Assembly (NCBI GenBank): GCA_965649295.1
Contig: CBFGKH010000004.1
Location: 1-64,000, forward strand
Source: a candidate division WOR-3 bacterium
GTDB lineage: Bacteria; Hydrothermota; Tepidihabitantia; Tepidihabitantales; Tepidihabitantaceae
Length of the DNA stretch: 64,000 bases
Direction of reading: 5' to 3'
Position 1 is the stretch's first letter. Each line of letters opens with the position of its first letter. The notes under the pieces were generated by a model. The model had not been told where the DNA came from and made no database searches. It worked only from the letters and a program-made list of their open reading frames with translations. This document shows, one piece after another, positions 17,509-27,529 of the stretch. Position numbers and translations under genes: made by a program.

Positions 17509-19128
17509 GTGCAAAGAGCTGTTAGCATTCTGGCTGTCCTGCTAGAACTGTGTCTCGCGATTCCGCCCCGGCCTGGTCTTCTCAATACCGGCACACCGAC
17601 GCCAATCTTCCCTCCTGGGATCGAAGTTCCAGGGCCAAACAAACTACGGGGATACGACCATTGCGAAACTGTTACGATTCTGATGCAGTTTCCAGATAAC
17701 CGTGCCGACACTGTCCGTCACTCAGCAGCCAGGTTTGATTCGATGCTCTATTCGGTGGGGGTCTACAATAGCCAGCCCTATCGACAGGGCAGCCTCAACG
17801 ACTACTTCCTTGAGAACTCCTACGGAGCATACCAAGTACGTGGGGCTATTGCTGGCAACCGTTGGTTCACTTCGAGCTACAACTACTCCCGCTACTACGA
17901 CGGTAACTACCTGCTCTCGACCGGTAGCCAGCTTGCCAGCGAAAACCTCCAGCAGGTTGACGGACTGATTGACTTCCGTCAGTTTGACATCAATGGCGAC
18001 GGCCACATTGATGCGATGTTTATGGTCCACGCTGGCGCGGACGGTGCAGATAACGGCGACGTCAACTGTCTCTGGTCCCACGCCATCCCTTGGTTCAATT
18101 ACCAGACAGATGATGGTGTCATCATCGACGGCGTAACCAACGTTCCCGAGTTCGCAATGGTCACGGCTGCCCGTGAAACCACCCTCTGCTGCATCGCGGT
18201 AATGTGTCACGAACTAGGCCACCTTGTCGGCCTGCCTGATCTCTATGACTACTCGCGCAACACCTGGGGAATTGGCTATTGGGGACTGATGGGCTATGGC
18301 GCCTGGGGCGCCGGCGGCTGTACTCCCTGGAGCCCGTCGCATATGGAGGCTTGGAGCAAAGTCGAGGCCGGGTTTGTCCAGCCGAGTGTTATCACGACCA
18401 ACACCTACAGTCTGCGCATCCCTGATGTCGAGACCAATCCGGTCATCTACAAGGTCTGGCGCCAGGGCCGCAACACCGACACCTGCTTCTACCTTGAGAA
18501 TCGCCAGCGCAAAGGTTTTGACTCACCGCTACCCGGCCCTGGCTTGCTCATCTGGCATATTGACCCAGCCCTAGGTAGCAGCCACAACATTGTTGACCTC
18601 GAAGAAGACTCGACTTTTCATCTCGATCGAGGCACTGGTGTCCGACCTGATCCGCACATCTATCACCAAGCACTCGGCGACACATCTGATCCGTTGCCCG
18701 GTAACTGGAATCGAGTCGTCTTTGACTCCGCATCCGTCCCTTCAAGCCGGGACCGGCTCGGTCGCTCGACCGGCGTTTGCATCAGTAGGATTCGCCAGGA
18801 AGGTGACACGATTGTCTGTGATGTGATTGTCCGACCCGAATCGGTTGCCGTCACGGAGATGGCCTCAACGCCACATCCTGCTCACCGACTCTTCTCAATC
18901 CTGCCGAATCCTTGCTCAGGCACAGCCACGGTCAGGCTGCACACTAGACCAGGGGATGCCTCAACTCCATGGAAGCTGGTTGTCAGCGACGTTCTTGGCC
19001 GCCGCTGCTGGCAGACAACCGTCAGCACTAGTACCGTCAGCCTGCCCGAGTTGCCGTCCGGCGTCTATATCGTGCAAGTCAGCGATGGAATTAATTCGGC
19101 AGGCCAACCTCTGGTCGTCTCCCCCTAG
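17509..19128 (+). CDS. M6 family (immune inhibitor A-like) metalloprotease with T9SS-like C-terminal sorting domain
   Basis: Signal peptide, VHAG, HELGHLVGLPDLYD, W.LM..G.W, ENRQ..GFD; CTD-like ILPNP..LPSGVYIV. Confidence 0.9.
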   Translation: MQRAVSILAVLLELCLAIPPRPGLLNTGTPTPIFPPGIEVPGPNKLRGYDHCETVTILMQFPDNRADTVRHSAARFDSMLYSVGVYNSQPYRQGSLNDYFLENSYGAYQVRGAIAGNRWFTSSYNYSRYYDGNYLLSTGSQLASENLQQVDGLIDFRQFDINGDGHIDAMFMVHAGADGADNGDVNCLWSHAIPWFNYQTDDGVIIDGVTNVPEFAMVTAARETTLCCIAVMCHELGHLVGLPDLYDYSRNTWGIGYWGLMGYGAWGAGGCTPWSPSHMEAWSKVEAGFVQPSVITTNTYSLRIPDVETNPVIYKVWRQGRNTDTCFYLENRQRKGFDSPLPGPGLLIWHIDPALGSSHNIVDLEEDSTFHLDRGTGVRPDPHIYHQALGDTSDPLPGNWNRVVFDSASVPSSRDRLGRSTGVCISRIRQEGDTIVCDVIVRPESVAVTEMASTPHPAHRLFSILPNPCSGTATVRLHTRPGDASTPWKLVVSDVLGRRCWQTTVSTSTVSLPELPSGVYIVQVSDGINSAGQPLVVSP

Positions 19129-19130
19129 TA

Positions 19131-20210
19131 ATGAGTTTGCTGCTGATTGCTCTACTAGTTACCGCGCCACTGGAAATTACGCTAGTGCGCGACCGACCTG
19201 GTGACGGTGGCGGTGCGATAGAAATCGAGTGGAAGGCCGAGTCATGGTCAGCATTGCTCGGATTTGAATTGCAGCGTCGGGCCGAAGGTGATACCTGGCA
19301 GCAAGTGACATTTGCCGGGCCACGGGTCAGCAACTATACCGACGAAGAAACAGTGGACGGCACACGCTATTCCTATCGGGTTGGTGCAGTCCTTGACACC
19401 GGTGTCGTCTGGTCAGCACCATCATCCCCGGTCACCAGCTCGGCACAGTGGTACAACCCGCGAACCACTGCGGCTCTGGTCACCCTTCTCATCATCACCG
19501 GCTTCATTGTCTTCTTCATCAGTCGCGCCCGGGCCGGAGCCCGACTCTTCCTTCGTCGTATTACTGGACTTGACGCGGTCGAAGAGGCACTCGGCCGGGC
19601 CACGGAAATGGGTCGCCGGATTCTCTATGTGCCTGGTCTGTCCTCGGTCAGCGACGTGGCAACAATTGCCGCCATCAACATCCTTGGCGAGGTCGCCAAG
19701 AAAGCTGCCAAGTATGGAACTCCGCTGACAGTTCCCACTGCCGACCCGATTGTCTATACTGTGGCGCGAGAAACAGTCCAGCAAAGCTACATTGAAGCAG
19801 GCCGGCCTGATGCCTTTGACCCGGGTTCAGTCTATTTCCTTTCCGACGACCAGTTCGCCTATGCGGCCGCAGTTGATGGAATCATGCTCCGGGAAAAGCC
19901 AGCCACAAACTTCTTCATCGGCATGTTCTGGGCAGAATCGCTCATCCTTGCCGAAACTGGTGCTACGACCGGGGCGATTCAGATTGCCGGAACCGATGCC
20001 GTGAACCAACTGCCTTTCTTCTTTTGTGCCTGCGACTACACCCTTGTCGGCGAAGAACTCTACGCAGCTTCAGCTTATCTGTCGCGCGAGCCGCTACTGC
20101 TCGGATCGCTCGTCGGACAGGACCTAGGCAAGTTGGCAATTCTTGCTGTCATCTTGCTCGGTTCGCTGACCGCCCTGACCCTCAATCTGCCAGTTGACCG
20201 ACTGTTCTAG
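19131..20210 (+). CDS. FN3-domain/DUF6754-like membrane protein, paralog 1
   Basis: Signal peptide, FN3-like domain, TM helix, RRI.GLDAVEEALGRATEMGR, QLPFF..ACDYTL.GEELYAASAY. Confidence 0.8.
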   Translation: MSLLLIALLVTAPLEITLVRDRPGDGGGAIEIEWKAESWSALLGFELQRRAEGDTWQQVTFAGPRVSNYTDEETVDGTRYSYRVGAVLDTGVVWSAPSSPVTSSAQWYNPRTTAALVTLLIITGFIVFFISRARAGARLFLRRITGLDAVEEALGRATEMGRRILYVPGLSSVSDVATIAAINILGEVAKKAAKYGTPLTVPTADPIVYTVARETVQQSYIEAGRPDAFDPGSVYFLSDDQFAYAAAVDGIMLREKPATNFFIGMFWAESLILAETGATTGAIQIAGTDAVNQLPFFFCACDYTLVGEELYAASAYLSREPLLLGSLVGQDLGKLAILAVILLGSLTALTLNLPVDRLF

Positions 20211-20310
20211 GCTGCTTGGTTTGACTTCCGACCTGATCGGCAATAGACTGCTCGACCAGAATCGACCTGACTGGCAGTTATTAGACCAGGCAAACAAGGA
20301 GTAAACGCTG

Positions 20311-21402
20311 ATGATACCTTTCCTGCTTGCCATGCTCGCTGCCGGCAGCATTGCTCCACCGACTGCTGTTACTGCTGCCGACAGGCCCAACGACAAGGGC
20401 CAGACGATCGTGCTACGCTGGCAGCGCTCTACCGATTCGCTTGTCGTCAACTACCGAATCCTGCGCCAGCTTGAAGGCAGCGACGAGTGGGATACCATCG
20501 GCATCGCTGGCCGACTGGCCACGCGCTACTTTGACGAAGCGGCAAAGAACGGCGTCCGTTATCGCTACAAGGTCATAGCTGAGGCCGACACGCTGGCCGG
20601 TCAATCGGAGCCAACCGGCTATGTCAGTGCTTCCCCACAGTGGTTCAACACCGACCGAATACCGGCTCTCATCGGTGGTGCGCTAATAGTCTTCATCTTC
20701 ATCTTTACGTTTGAACGAGCCAAGCGCGGCGCGAAGATGTTTGTCCGTCGGATTGCCGGCCTCGATGCCGTTGAGGAGGCACTTGGTCGCGCCACCGAGA
20801 TGGGCCGCCCCACCCTCTATGTACCCGGTCTGTCATCGGTTGATGACGTCGCCACGATCGCCTCACTCAATATCCTCGGCGAGGTCGCCAAGAAAACCGC
20901 CAAGTTCGGCACGCCGCTAATCGTCCCCAACCGTGACCCGATCGTTTACACCGTCGCCCGCGAGGTAGTCAAGGAAGCCTACACTTCGGTCGGCCGACCT
21001 GACGCCTTCAACCCCGACTCGGTCTTCTTTGTTACTGACCAGCAGTTTGCCTATGCTGCGGCGGTTGACGGCATCATGCTCCGCGAGAAACCGGCCACGA
21101 ATTTCCTCATCGGCATGTTCTGGGCCGAGTCACTCATCCTTGCCGAAACCGGCGCCATTTCCGGCGCGGTCCAGATTGCCGGCACTGATGCCGTCTCGCA
21201 GCTCCCATTCTTCATCACTGCCTGTGACTACACTTTGATTGGCGAGGAACTCTACGCTGCCTCAGCCTACATCTCCCGAGAGCCACTTCGGCTTGGCGCC
21301 ATCAAAGGGCAGGACTACAACAAGCTCATCATCCTAGCGCTCGTCCTCGGCGGAACCATTCTGGCCTTGATTGCCAACATTCGGATTACTGACATTCTCT
21401 AG
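20311..21402 (+). CDS. FN3-domain/DUF6754-like membrane protein, paralog 2
   Basis: Same architecture and highly similar C-terminal domain as 19131-20210; AAGGAG SD. Confidence 0.8.
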   Translation: MIPFLLAMLAAGSIAPPTAVTAADRPNDKGQTIVLRWQRSTDSLVVNYRILRQLEGSDEWDTIGIAGRLATRYFDEAAKNGVRYRYKVIAEADTLAGQSEPTGYVSASPQWFNTDRIPALIGGALIVFIFIFTFERAKRGAKMFVRRIAGLDAVEEALGRATEMGRPTLYVPGLSSVDDVATIASLNILGEVAKKTAKFGTPLIVPNRDPIVYTVAREVVKEAYTSVGRPDAFNPDSVFFVTDQQFAYAAAVDGIMLREKPATNFLIGMFWAESLILAETGAISGAVQIAGTDAVSQLPFFITACDYTLIGEELYAASAYISREPLRLGAIKGQDYNKLIILALVLGGTILALIANIRITDIL

Positions 21403-21411
21403 GAAAGTAAG

Positions 21412-22077
21412 ATGAAAAGAAAACTACCATTGCTGATCGTACTGGTGACGGGCATCTTTGGTGTCCTCACCTACATAATTCCCCATCCGGTTGTCCAGAA
21501 TACCGACGCCCTTATCCGAAATGATATCCTACGCATCATCGGTGCGTTCAGCCTTGTGCTCGGCATCGGCTCAATCCTGCGCCACCACTTCATCAAGATC
21601 AAACGGAAGGCGGAACACTGGGGCTACAGCTGGATTACTGTAATCGCTCTGTTCGTCAGTGCCGTCATTGGGCTGTTCGGCGGCATCGACCCGACCCGAC
21701 CTGGCATCCTGCCCACTCAGATTGGGAGTTTCTCATTCCACATCCAGACCCTGTTCACCGGCATAATCGTACCGCTTGGTTCAACGATGTTCGCCCTTCT
21801 CGCTTTCTTCATGGCTTCGGCCGCCTATCGGGCTTTCCGGGCGCGCAACTTCGAAGCAACCTTGCTACTGGTAGCAGCATTCATCCTTATGCTCGGCGCA
21901 GTCCCAGCCACCCGGATGCTCATCAGGCCGCTGCCCTCTTTTGCTGAATGGATCTTGGCCGTCCCCAACACGGCGGCCAAACGCGGTGTCGGGTTTGGCA
22001 TCAGTCTTGGCATTCTCGCTACGTCACTGAAGATTGTCCTCGGTATCGAACGTGGCTGGCTCGGTGGAGGTGAATGA
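21412..22077 (+). CDS. Conserved hypothetical integral membrane protein
   Basis: About 6 hydrophobic helices; TMFALLAFFMASAAYRAFRAR, PNTAAKRG. Confidence 0.8.
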   Translation: MKRKLPLLIVLVTGIFGVLTYIIPHPVVQNTDALIRNDILRIIGAFSLVLGIGSILRHHFIKIKRKAEHWGYSWITVIALFVSAVIGLFGGIDPTRPGILPTQIGSFSFHIQTLFTGIIVPLGSTMFALLAFFMASAAYRAFRARNFEATLLLVAAFILMLGAVPATRMLIRPLPSFAEWILAVPNTAAKRGVGFGISLGILATSLKIVLGIERGWLGGGE

Positions 22078-22958
22078 TGAGTTTCTGGGAGAGACTGCAA
22101 CGTATCGATCGCCGCTGGATTTATCTCATCATCTGGCTGGTAGTGATGATCCCGCTCATGCGTCCTTTCCCGGTTCGGCCGCTCGCCTCGCCACCGGTCC
22201 AGCAGCTATTTACTTACATTGACACGATGCCGGAAGACAAGGCCCTCGTCATATCCGTGGACTACTCACCTGACACCCAAGCCGAGCTCCACCCGATGAC
22301 AATTGCCCTGCTCCGCCATGCCTTCGCCACTCATCGCCGTGTCGGCATTGTCGCGACCTCGGTCTATGGTCTCGGGCTGGGCGAAGACGCTCTACGCGAA
22401 GCCAAGCGCGAATTCGATTCGGCGGCGGTCAGTCGTGAGGACTCGATCATCAGCGGCGAGGACTTCATTTTCTGGGGCTGGACAACGCCGCTCCTAACGA
22501 TGATGCTCGGAATGGGCGAACGAATCACCAATGTCTTTCCGGTGGACTACTATGGCGCCCGCACCGAGTCGTTGCCGATGGCTCAACACGTCAAGAACTA
22601 CAACGATATCGGCATCGTCGTCTCGATTGCCGGCTCCTCGATGCCACTCTCCTGGGTCTCCTATGCCCAGACTCAGTTCGGCGTCCGTGTCGGCTGCGGC
22701 ACAACCGCGGTCTCCGCGGCCGACTACTACACCTATCTGAACTCAGGCCAGTTCACCGGTATGCTCGCCGGTATGCGCGGCGCTGCCGAATACGAGGAAT
22801 TGACCCGCGAGAAAATGACCGAACTAGGCATGACTTGGCGGATTCGCAACCGTGGCACCGAGGCAATGTCCTCGCAGACCGCAGCCCACCTGGCAATCAT
22901 TGGTTTCATTATCATCGGCAACATTGCTTTCTTCATCAACCGTGGGAGGAAGAAGTGA
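22074..22958 (+). CDS. Conserved hypothetical membrane-anchored protein
   Basis: N- and C-terminal TM helices around a soluble domain; GQFTGMLAGMRGAAEYE; 4-nt overlaps with neighbours. Confidence 0.8.
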   Translation: MMSFWERLQRIDRRWIYLIIWLVVMIPLMRPFPVRPLASPPVQQLFTYIDTMPEDKALVISVDYSPDTQAELHPMTIALLRHAFATHRRVGIVATSVYGLGLGEDALREAKREFDSAAVSREDSIISGEDFIFWGWTTPLLTMMLGMGERITNVFPVDYYGARTESLPMAQHVKNYNDIGIVVSIAGSSMPLSWVSYAQTQFGVRVGCGTTAVSAADYYTYLNSGQFTGMLAGMRGAAEYEELTREKMTELGMTWRIRNRGTEAMSSQTAAHLAIIGFIIIGNIAFFINRGRKK

Positions 22959-23587
22959 ACATCTCAACTGATATCTGGGTCTGGGTAGCAGCCATCCTAA
23001 CGCTTGCCGTCTTCTCTTTTCTCTATCGTGAGAATCCTTTCTACCGGGCAGCCGAGCACCTCTTTGTCGGCGTCTCCAACGGTTACTTCATCACCTTTAC
23101 CTGGCATCGAATCCTCGTTCCGAGTCTCATTGACCCGGTGAGTCACGGCCAGAAAATTTGGCTGATTGCGGTCGCCTTTGTTGGCGCCCTCTACTTCACT
23201 CGCTTCATCCCCAAACTCTCCTGGCTTGTGCGGATTCCTATTGCCATCTTCCTCGGCTACGGGTCGGGCATGTCACTGCTCCGGTCGGTCGAAGCCGGCA
23301 TTATCGAACAAGTCAAGGCCACAATCGTCACCCGTGCCAGTTTTGCCAATTGGCAGGCTGGACTCTGGGCAATCATCATTCTCATTGGCGTCGTCTGCAC
23401 CATTACTTACTTCTTCTTCTCAGCTGAACGCAAGGGTGTGCTAAAGCCGATAAGCTACGTCGGCATCATCTTCGTCATGGTCGGCTTCGGTGCGTCGTTT
23501 GGCTACACGGTGATGGCCCGTATCTCGCTATTCATTGGTCGACTGCAGTTCCTGCTCGGTGACTGGCTTGGCCTGATAACCCGCTAG
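22955..23587 (+). CDS. Conserved hypothetical integral membrane protein
   Basis: SFLYRENPFYRAAEHLFVG, FGASFGYTVMARISL; GTG 22955 overlaps previous stop. Confidence 0.8.
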   Translation: MNISTDIWVWVAAILTLAVFSFLYRENPFYRAAEHLFVGVSNGYFITFTWHRILVPSLIDPVSHGQKIWLIAVAFVGALYFTRFIPKLSWLVRIPIAIFLGYGSGMSLLRSVEAGIIEQVKATIVTRASFANWQAGLWAIIILIGVVCTITYFFFSAERKGVLKPISYVGIIFVMVGFGASFGYTVMARISLFIGRLQFLLGDWLGLITR

Positions 23588-23607
23588 TCAGCAACATTGG
23601 CGCTAAT

Positions 23608-23636
23608 GCTGCGGGCCGGCAATGCCGGCCCGCAGC
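23608..23636. terminator. Hairpin between convergent genes (possible bidirectional terminator)
   Basis: 13-bp perfect stem GCTGCGGGCCGGC/GCCGGCCCGCAGC, 3-nt loop. Confidence 0.65.
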
Positions 23637-23656
23637 TGTTCTTAGATGTAGGCCTA

Positions 23657-25150
23657 CTAGTACTCGGCGTTATCAATCTGCGCCCTCTGCAGTGCCCCGG
23701 AGTAATCAATATAGACTGTCTTCGGCTCAGAGAAGATCTCATAGGCGGTCCAGCCACCCTCGCGGTGACCATTGCCGGTATCTTTCACCCCACCGAACGG
23801 CAGGTGACACTCAGCCCCAATAGTCGGCGCATTCACATAGGTGATACCCGCCTCAATCAACTCGATAGCCTTCATTGCGAGGTTGACATCGCGCGTGTAG
23901 ATTGATGAAGATAGACCGTAGGGAGTGTCGTTCAGTACCCTAATCGCCTCGTCGAAATCCTTGACCTTGATAATCGAGAGCACCGGCCCAAAGATTTCCT
24001 CACGGGCAATGCGCATGTCTGGGGTCACGTCGGCGAACACAGTCGGCTTATAGAAGAAACCCTTGCTCCAGGCGCCGCCCTTGAGCGGCTCGCCACCGCA
24101 GACGAGTTTGGCACCTTGTTGCTTGCCGATTTCAACATAGCTATGGACGGTGTTGCGCTGGGCTTCGCTCACACAAGGCCCCATCTCGTTCCTCTCATCC
24201 AGCCCATTGCCAACCCGCAGCTTCTTGGCCCGAGCAACAACCATTTCGACCATCTTCTTATAGACACCAGCCTGGACAATCAGCCGTGACGTAGCAGTAC
24301 AACGTTGGCCGGTCGTACCAAAGGCGCCCCAAAGCACGCCCTCCAATGCCAGCTCCAGGTCGGCATCATCAAGCACAATCTGCGCGTTCTTGCCGCCTAG
24401 TTCGAGCGAACAACGTTTGAGATTCCTACCCGTGACTTCAGCGATTCTCCTGCCGACTTCTGACGAACCCGTGAAACTGATGCCAACAATGTCCGGATGA
24501 TTGAGCAACGCTTCACCAACCGCACCACCAGTACCATAGACAACATTCACAACTCCATCAGGTATTCCTGCCTCTGCCAGTGCCGTAACAAGCTCGTGCA
24601 CCGACGCCGGTGTCAACGTCGCCGGCTTGATGACTGCCGTGTTGCCACAGGTCAGAGCGGGAAACAACTTCCAGGACGGAATCGCCATCGGAAAGTTCCA
24701 CGGACAAATCATGCCCCAGACACCCATCGGCTGACGAGTCACGTAGGCCATCTTGTTAGCTAGTTCTGACGGCACGACCTTACCCCAGAGCCGTCTCGCC
24801 TCGCCAGCAGCGTAGAGCCCGGTATCAATCGCCTCCTGCACATCACCACGTGTCTCTTTGAGCACCTTGCCCATCTCCCGCGTCATCAATCTGGCACAGG
24901 CCTCTTTCTTGGCGATGAGAATCTCGGTTGCCCGACGCATTATCTCGCCGCGGGCTGGCGCTGGCACTGCCCGCCATTTCGGATATGCCTTCTTGGCAGC
25001 CGCAACTGCTGCGGCAACGTCTTCCGGCCCAGAAGCCGGAAACGTCCCTATCAGATCGCTCGTGTCAGCCGGGTTGCGGTTCTCGTATGTCTTGCCGGTC
25101 TTGGCCGGCACGAACTTACCGTTGATAAAGTTCTGGTAACGCTTGGCCAT
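23657..25150 (-). CDS. NAD(P)-dependent aldehyde dehydrogenase
   Basis: [22 protein letters not shown] (catalytic Cys), EEIFGPV, PFGG. Confidence 0.95.
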   Translation of the reverse strand: MAKRYQNFINGKFVPAKTGKTYENRNPADTSDLIGTFPASGPEDVAAAVAAAKKAYPKWRAVPAPARGEIMRRATEILIAKKEACARLMTREMGKVLKETRGDVQEAIDTGLYAAGEARRLWGKVVPSELANKMAYVTRQPMGVWGMICPWNFPMAIPSWKLFPALTCGNTAVIKPATLTPASVHELVTALAEAGIPDGVVNVVYGTGGAVGEALLNHPDIVGISFTGSSEVGRRIAEVTGRNLKRCSLELGGKNAQIVLDDADLELALEGVLWGAFGTTGQRCTATSRLIVQAGVYKKMVEMVVARAKKLRVGNGLDERNEMGPCVSEAQRNTVHSYVEIGKQQGAKLVCGGEPLKGGAWSKGFFYKPTVFADVTPDMRIAREEIFGPVLSIIKVKDFDEAIRVLNDTPYGLSSSIYTRDVNLAMKAIELIEAGITYVNAPTIGAECHLPFGGVKDTGNGHREGGWTAYEIFSEPKTVYIDYSGALQRAQIDNAEY

Positions 25151-25340
25151 TGAACCTCCGTTTTGGGTCAGCTTGTCAGTCTGAAGACAATGCTATTCAA
25201 GGTGGCCGCCGAATCAACTCCGACGCGGCACCGCTATCGGGCTATTGACTCGAAGTAGTCATGAGTTATACTGGGACAGGAAAGGTAATTGCCCGTGCCA
25301 TGGTCTGGGCACAGGCAGAACCGCAGACCAAGGAGTTACC

Positions 25341-27002
25341 ATGAGAAAGACCGTACTAATGACAGCGTTGTTCGCAGCAGCAGCCATTGCCGCATCCCTC
25401 GCCGAGACAGGCCCAATCGGGCCCCAGCCAGTCCCTTGGCAATACCTTTGGGACGGGCTGCAGCCGATGGATCAGGGGCAGTGCGACGCTCCCTGCTTCA
25501 TCCAAAGCAGCTCGGAACCGAACTACGCACTGCTGACTGGCGACGGCGTAGCCAACCCAGACGAGCCCGACGACCGCGGCTGGCGCGAGCCGACTCGTGA
25601 CTGGGGCAACGACATCCTCATCGGCGCACCGGAGTACAATATTGTCGGTCGCATCTCGGTTGATAACGACGTGACAACCGGCGACATCTACGTCTGTATG
25701 TACAATCGTGACGCGACTGTCAACGACACTGCTCATGTCTGGCGTTCGACCGACGGCGGTCGAACCTGGAATTCGCTGACTCCAGTTATCGGCACAGCGG
25801 GCATGGGCAATCTCGTTGACGCCCAGTTACTGGTCGGCACAGGGCCCGGTGACACAACCTGGTTCTATCTGTTCAGCGCATCTGATACTTCTGGCCTGCG
25901 CGTTCGCCGGATGACGCCGGACCAGACCCGTTTCAACTGGGTAACGATCAGTCCGGAAACGAGCATCGTCCGCGTATCCGTTGACCGCAACATCGAAAAC
26001 CCACAACATCTCTTTGTCGCCTGGACCGAACGCGACGGCGACATCAGAATGATGAGCTCAACCAACGGCGGAATGACCTGGGCCAATGCCTATTATGTCG
26101 CTAGTGGCCGCCGTGCTGCTTCTATGGCTGCTGGCGGTGATGGTTACCTCTATCTGGCCTACCTTGATGACACCGACTCAACATACTATCGTGCTGCGCG
26201 CATAACGAACAACCTCATCCAGCCGAGTGCTACTTTTGCAACAGTTGATTCTAATACGGTTCACCGTTTCCGCGAGGTTGCCATTGCCGCTGACCGGACA
26301 GCGCCCGGTACCAGCCAAGCAGCAATCATTTTGAACACGGTCCGCTATACTACAAACAACAACGTCGCCCCGCGCTACGCTTGGACAACGACCGGCGGCA
26401 CCGCGTGGTCAGCGGGAGTCTGGCCGGTAACAAATCAGCCGCGCTCGACCTGGTGGGCACTCTTTCCACGCATCCGCCGTTCCTACGATTCCGAGCTCTT
26501 CCGAGCGATCGTCTCAATGCGCGAGACAACAACTACCTGGGACACGATTGTGTATGCCTACGCCCGGGGCAGCAATCCGACCAACTGGCTCGACCGAGGC
26601 ACGTACAACGACCATCGCAACACTGGCGAGGTCTCACATGATGTTGGCCAGTCAAACAGGTCTGGCGGTGGCTTCTTTGCCTACCGGCAGTACGGCAGGC
26701 CCGAAGTCTGGTTTGACGGCTATAGTCTCACCGGCGTAAGTAGTTCGCTGCCGACACATTCGAACCGGTCAACAACTGCTACCTTCAGTGACCACGTATC
26801 CCTGACTCTACCGATTCGGGCAAACGTCAGCGCGACACTGTACTATCAAGATGGTCGGCTAGCACAAGAACTCTACAACGGTCTGCTTGAAGCTGGTGCG
26901 CACAGACTGAAGCTACCAGCAGGCTTGGCCCCCGGAATCTACTTCCTAAGGGCCGAAGTAAATGGCCGAACAGAACTGACCAAAGTTGTGCACATTCGGT
27001 AA
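25341..27002 (+). CDS. Secreted BNR/Asp-box repeat protein with T9SS-like C-terminal domain
   Basis: AGGAG SD, signal peptide, WRSTDGGRTW and SSTNGGMTW Asp-boxes, CTD-like YYQDGR..LAPGIYFL. Confidence 0.8.
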   Translation: MRKTVLMTALFAAAAIAASLAETGPIGPQPVPWQYLWDGLQPMDQGQCDAPCFIQSSSEPNYALLTGDGVANPDEPDDRGWREPTRDWGNDILIGAPEYNIVGRISVDNDVTTGDIYVCMYNRDATVNDTAHVWRSTDGGRTWNSLTPVIGTAGMGNLVDAQLLVGTGPGDTTWFYLFSASDTSGLRVRRMTPDQTRFNWVTISPETSIVRVSVDRNIENPQHLFVAWTERDGDIRMMSSTNGGMTWANAYYVASGRRAASMAAGGDGYLYLAYLDDTDSTYYRAARITNNLIQPSATFATVDSNTVHRFREVAIAADRTAPGTSQAAIILNTVRYTTNNNVAPRYAWTTTGGTAWSAGVWPVTNQPRSTWWALFPRIRRSYDSELFRAIVSMRETTTTWDTIVYAYARGSNPTNWLDRGTYNDHRNTGEVSHDVGQSNRSGGGFFAYRQYGRPEVWFDGYSLTGVSSSLPTHSNRSTTATFSDHVSLTLPIRANVSATLYYQDGRLAQELYNGLLEAGAHRLKLPAGLAPGIYFLRAEVNGRTELTKVVHIR

Positions 27003-27017
27003 ACTGCTTCAAGAGGC

Positions 27018-27052
27018 GCGGGCGGTGAGGGCACTGCTCTCCCCGCCCGCTC
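27018..27052. terminator. GC-rich hairpin between convergent genes
   Basis: GCGGGCGG..GAGGGCA / TGCTCTC..CCGCCCGC imperfect inverted repeat. Confidence 0.5.
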
Positions 27053-27063
27053 ATTATCAGACG

Positions 27064-27525
27064 CTAGTCGTCGAGTGCAAGCTTCAGTGCCTGTTCAGGA
27101 GTAGTCGCCGGTATGACACCGTCAATCGGCCAACTCTCCAATCCAACGACTCGTTTGCCCATCTTTAGGGCAAAACCAATTTCAGACAACGTCCCATAGG
27201 AACCGCCGATGGCAATGAGAACATCGGCCGTACGAATGATGGCAAGGTTACGGGCCTCTCCTAGGCCGGTTGCAATCGCGATTGACAGATAGCGGTTGCC
27301 TTCACGCCGGTCGCTGCCCTGCAAGATACCGACAGTCAAACCACCAGCACTCTGCGCTCCACGGCAAGCAGCAGCCATCACTCCGCCCATTCCGCCACAG
27401 ACCAGAATCGCTCCCATCCTGGCAATCCGGCGCCCAACCTCCTCGGCGAGCCCGGCGAGTCTGCGACCACACTCACCCTGCCCGATAACGCCGACATAGC
27501 AATCCGACCGACTCAAGTGAGTCAC
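27064..27525 (-). CDS. TIGR00725 family (LOG-like Rossmann fold) protein
   Basis: VGVIG, VCGGMGGVM.AAC.GA, TGLGEARN, GGSYGTLSEIG. Confidence 0.85.
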   Translation of the reverse strand: MTHLSRSDCYVGVIGQGECGRRLAGLAEEVGRRIARMGAILVCGGMGGVMAAACRGAQSAGGLTVGILQGSDRREGNRYLSIAIATGLGEARNLAIIRTADVLIAIGGSYGTLSEIGFALKMGKRVVGLESWPIDGVIPATTPEQALKLALDD

Positions 27526-27529
27526 CTTC

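Noticed and set aside
17301..17711. Long overlap between the minus-strand 454-aa ORF and the M6 protease
   Set aside because: Both genes have better SD-supported starts (17300 minus, 17509 plus) that remove the overlap
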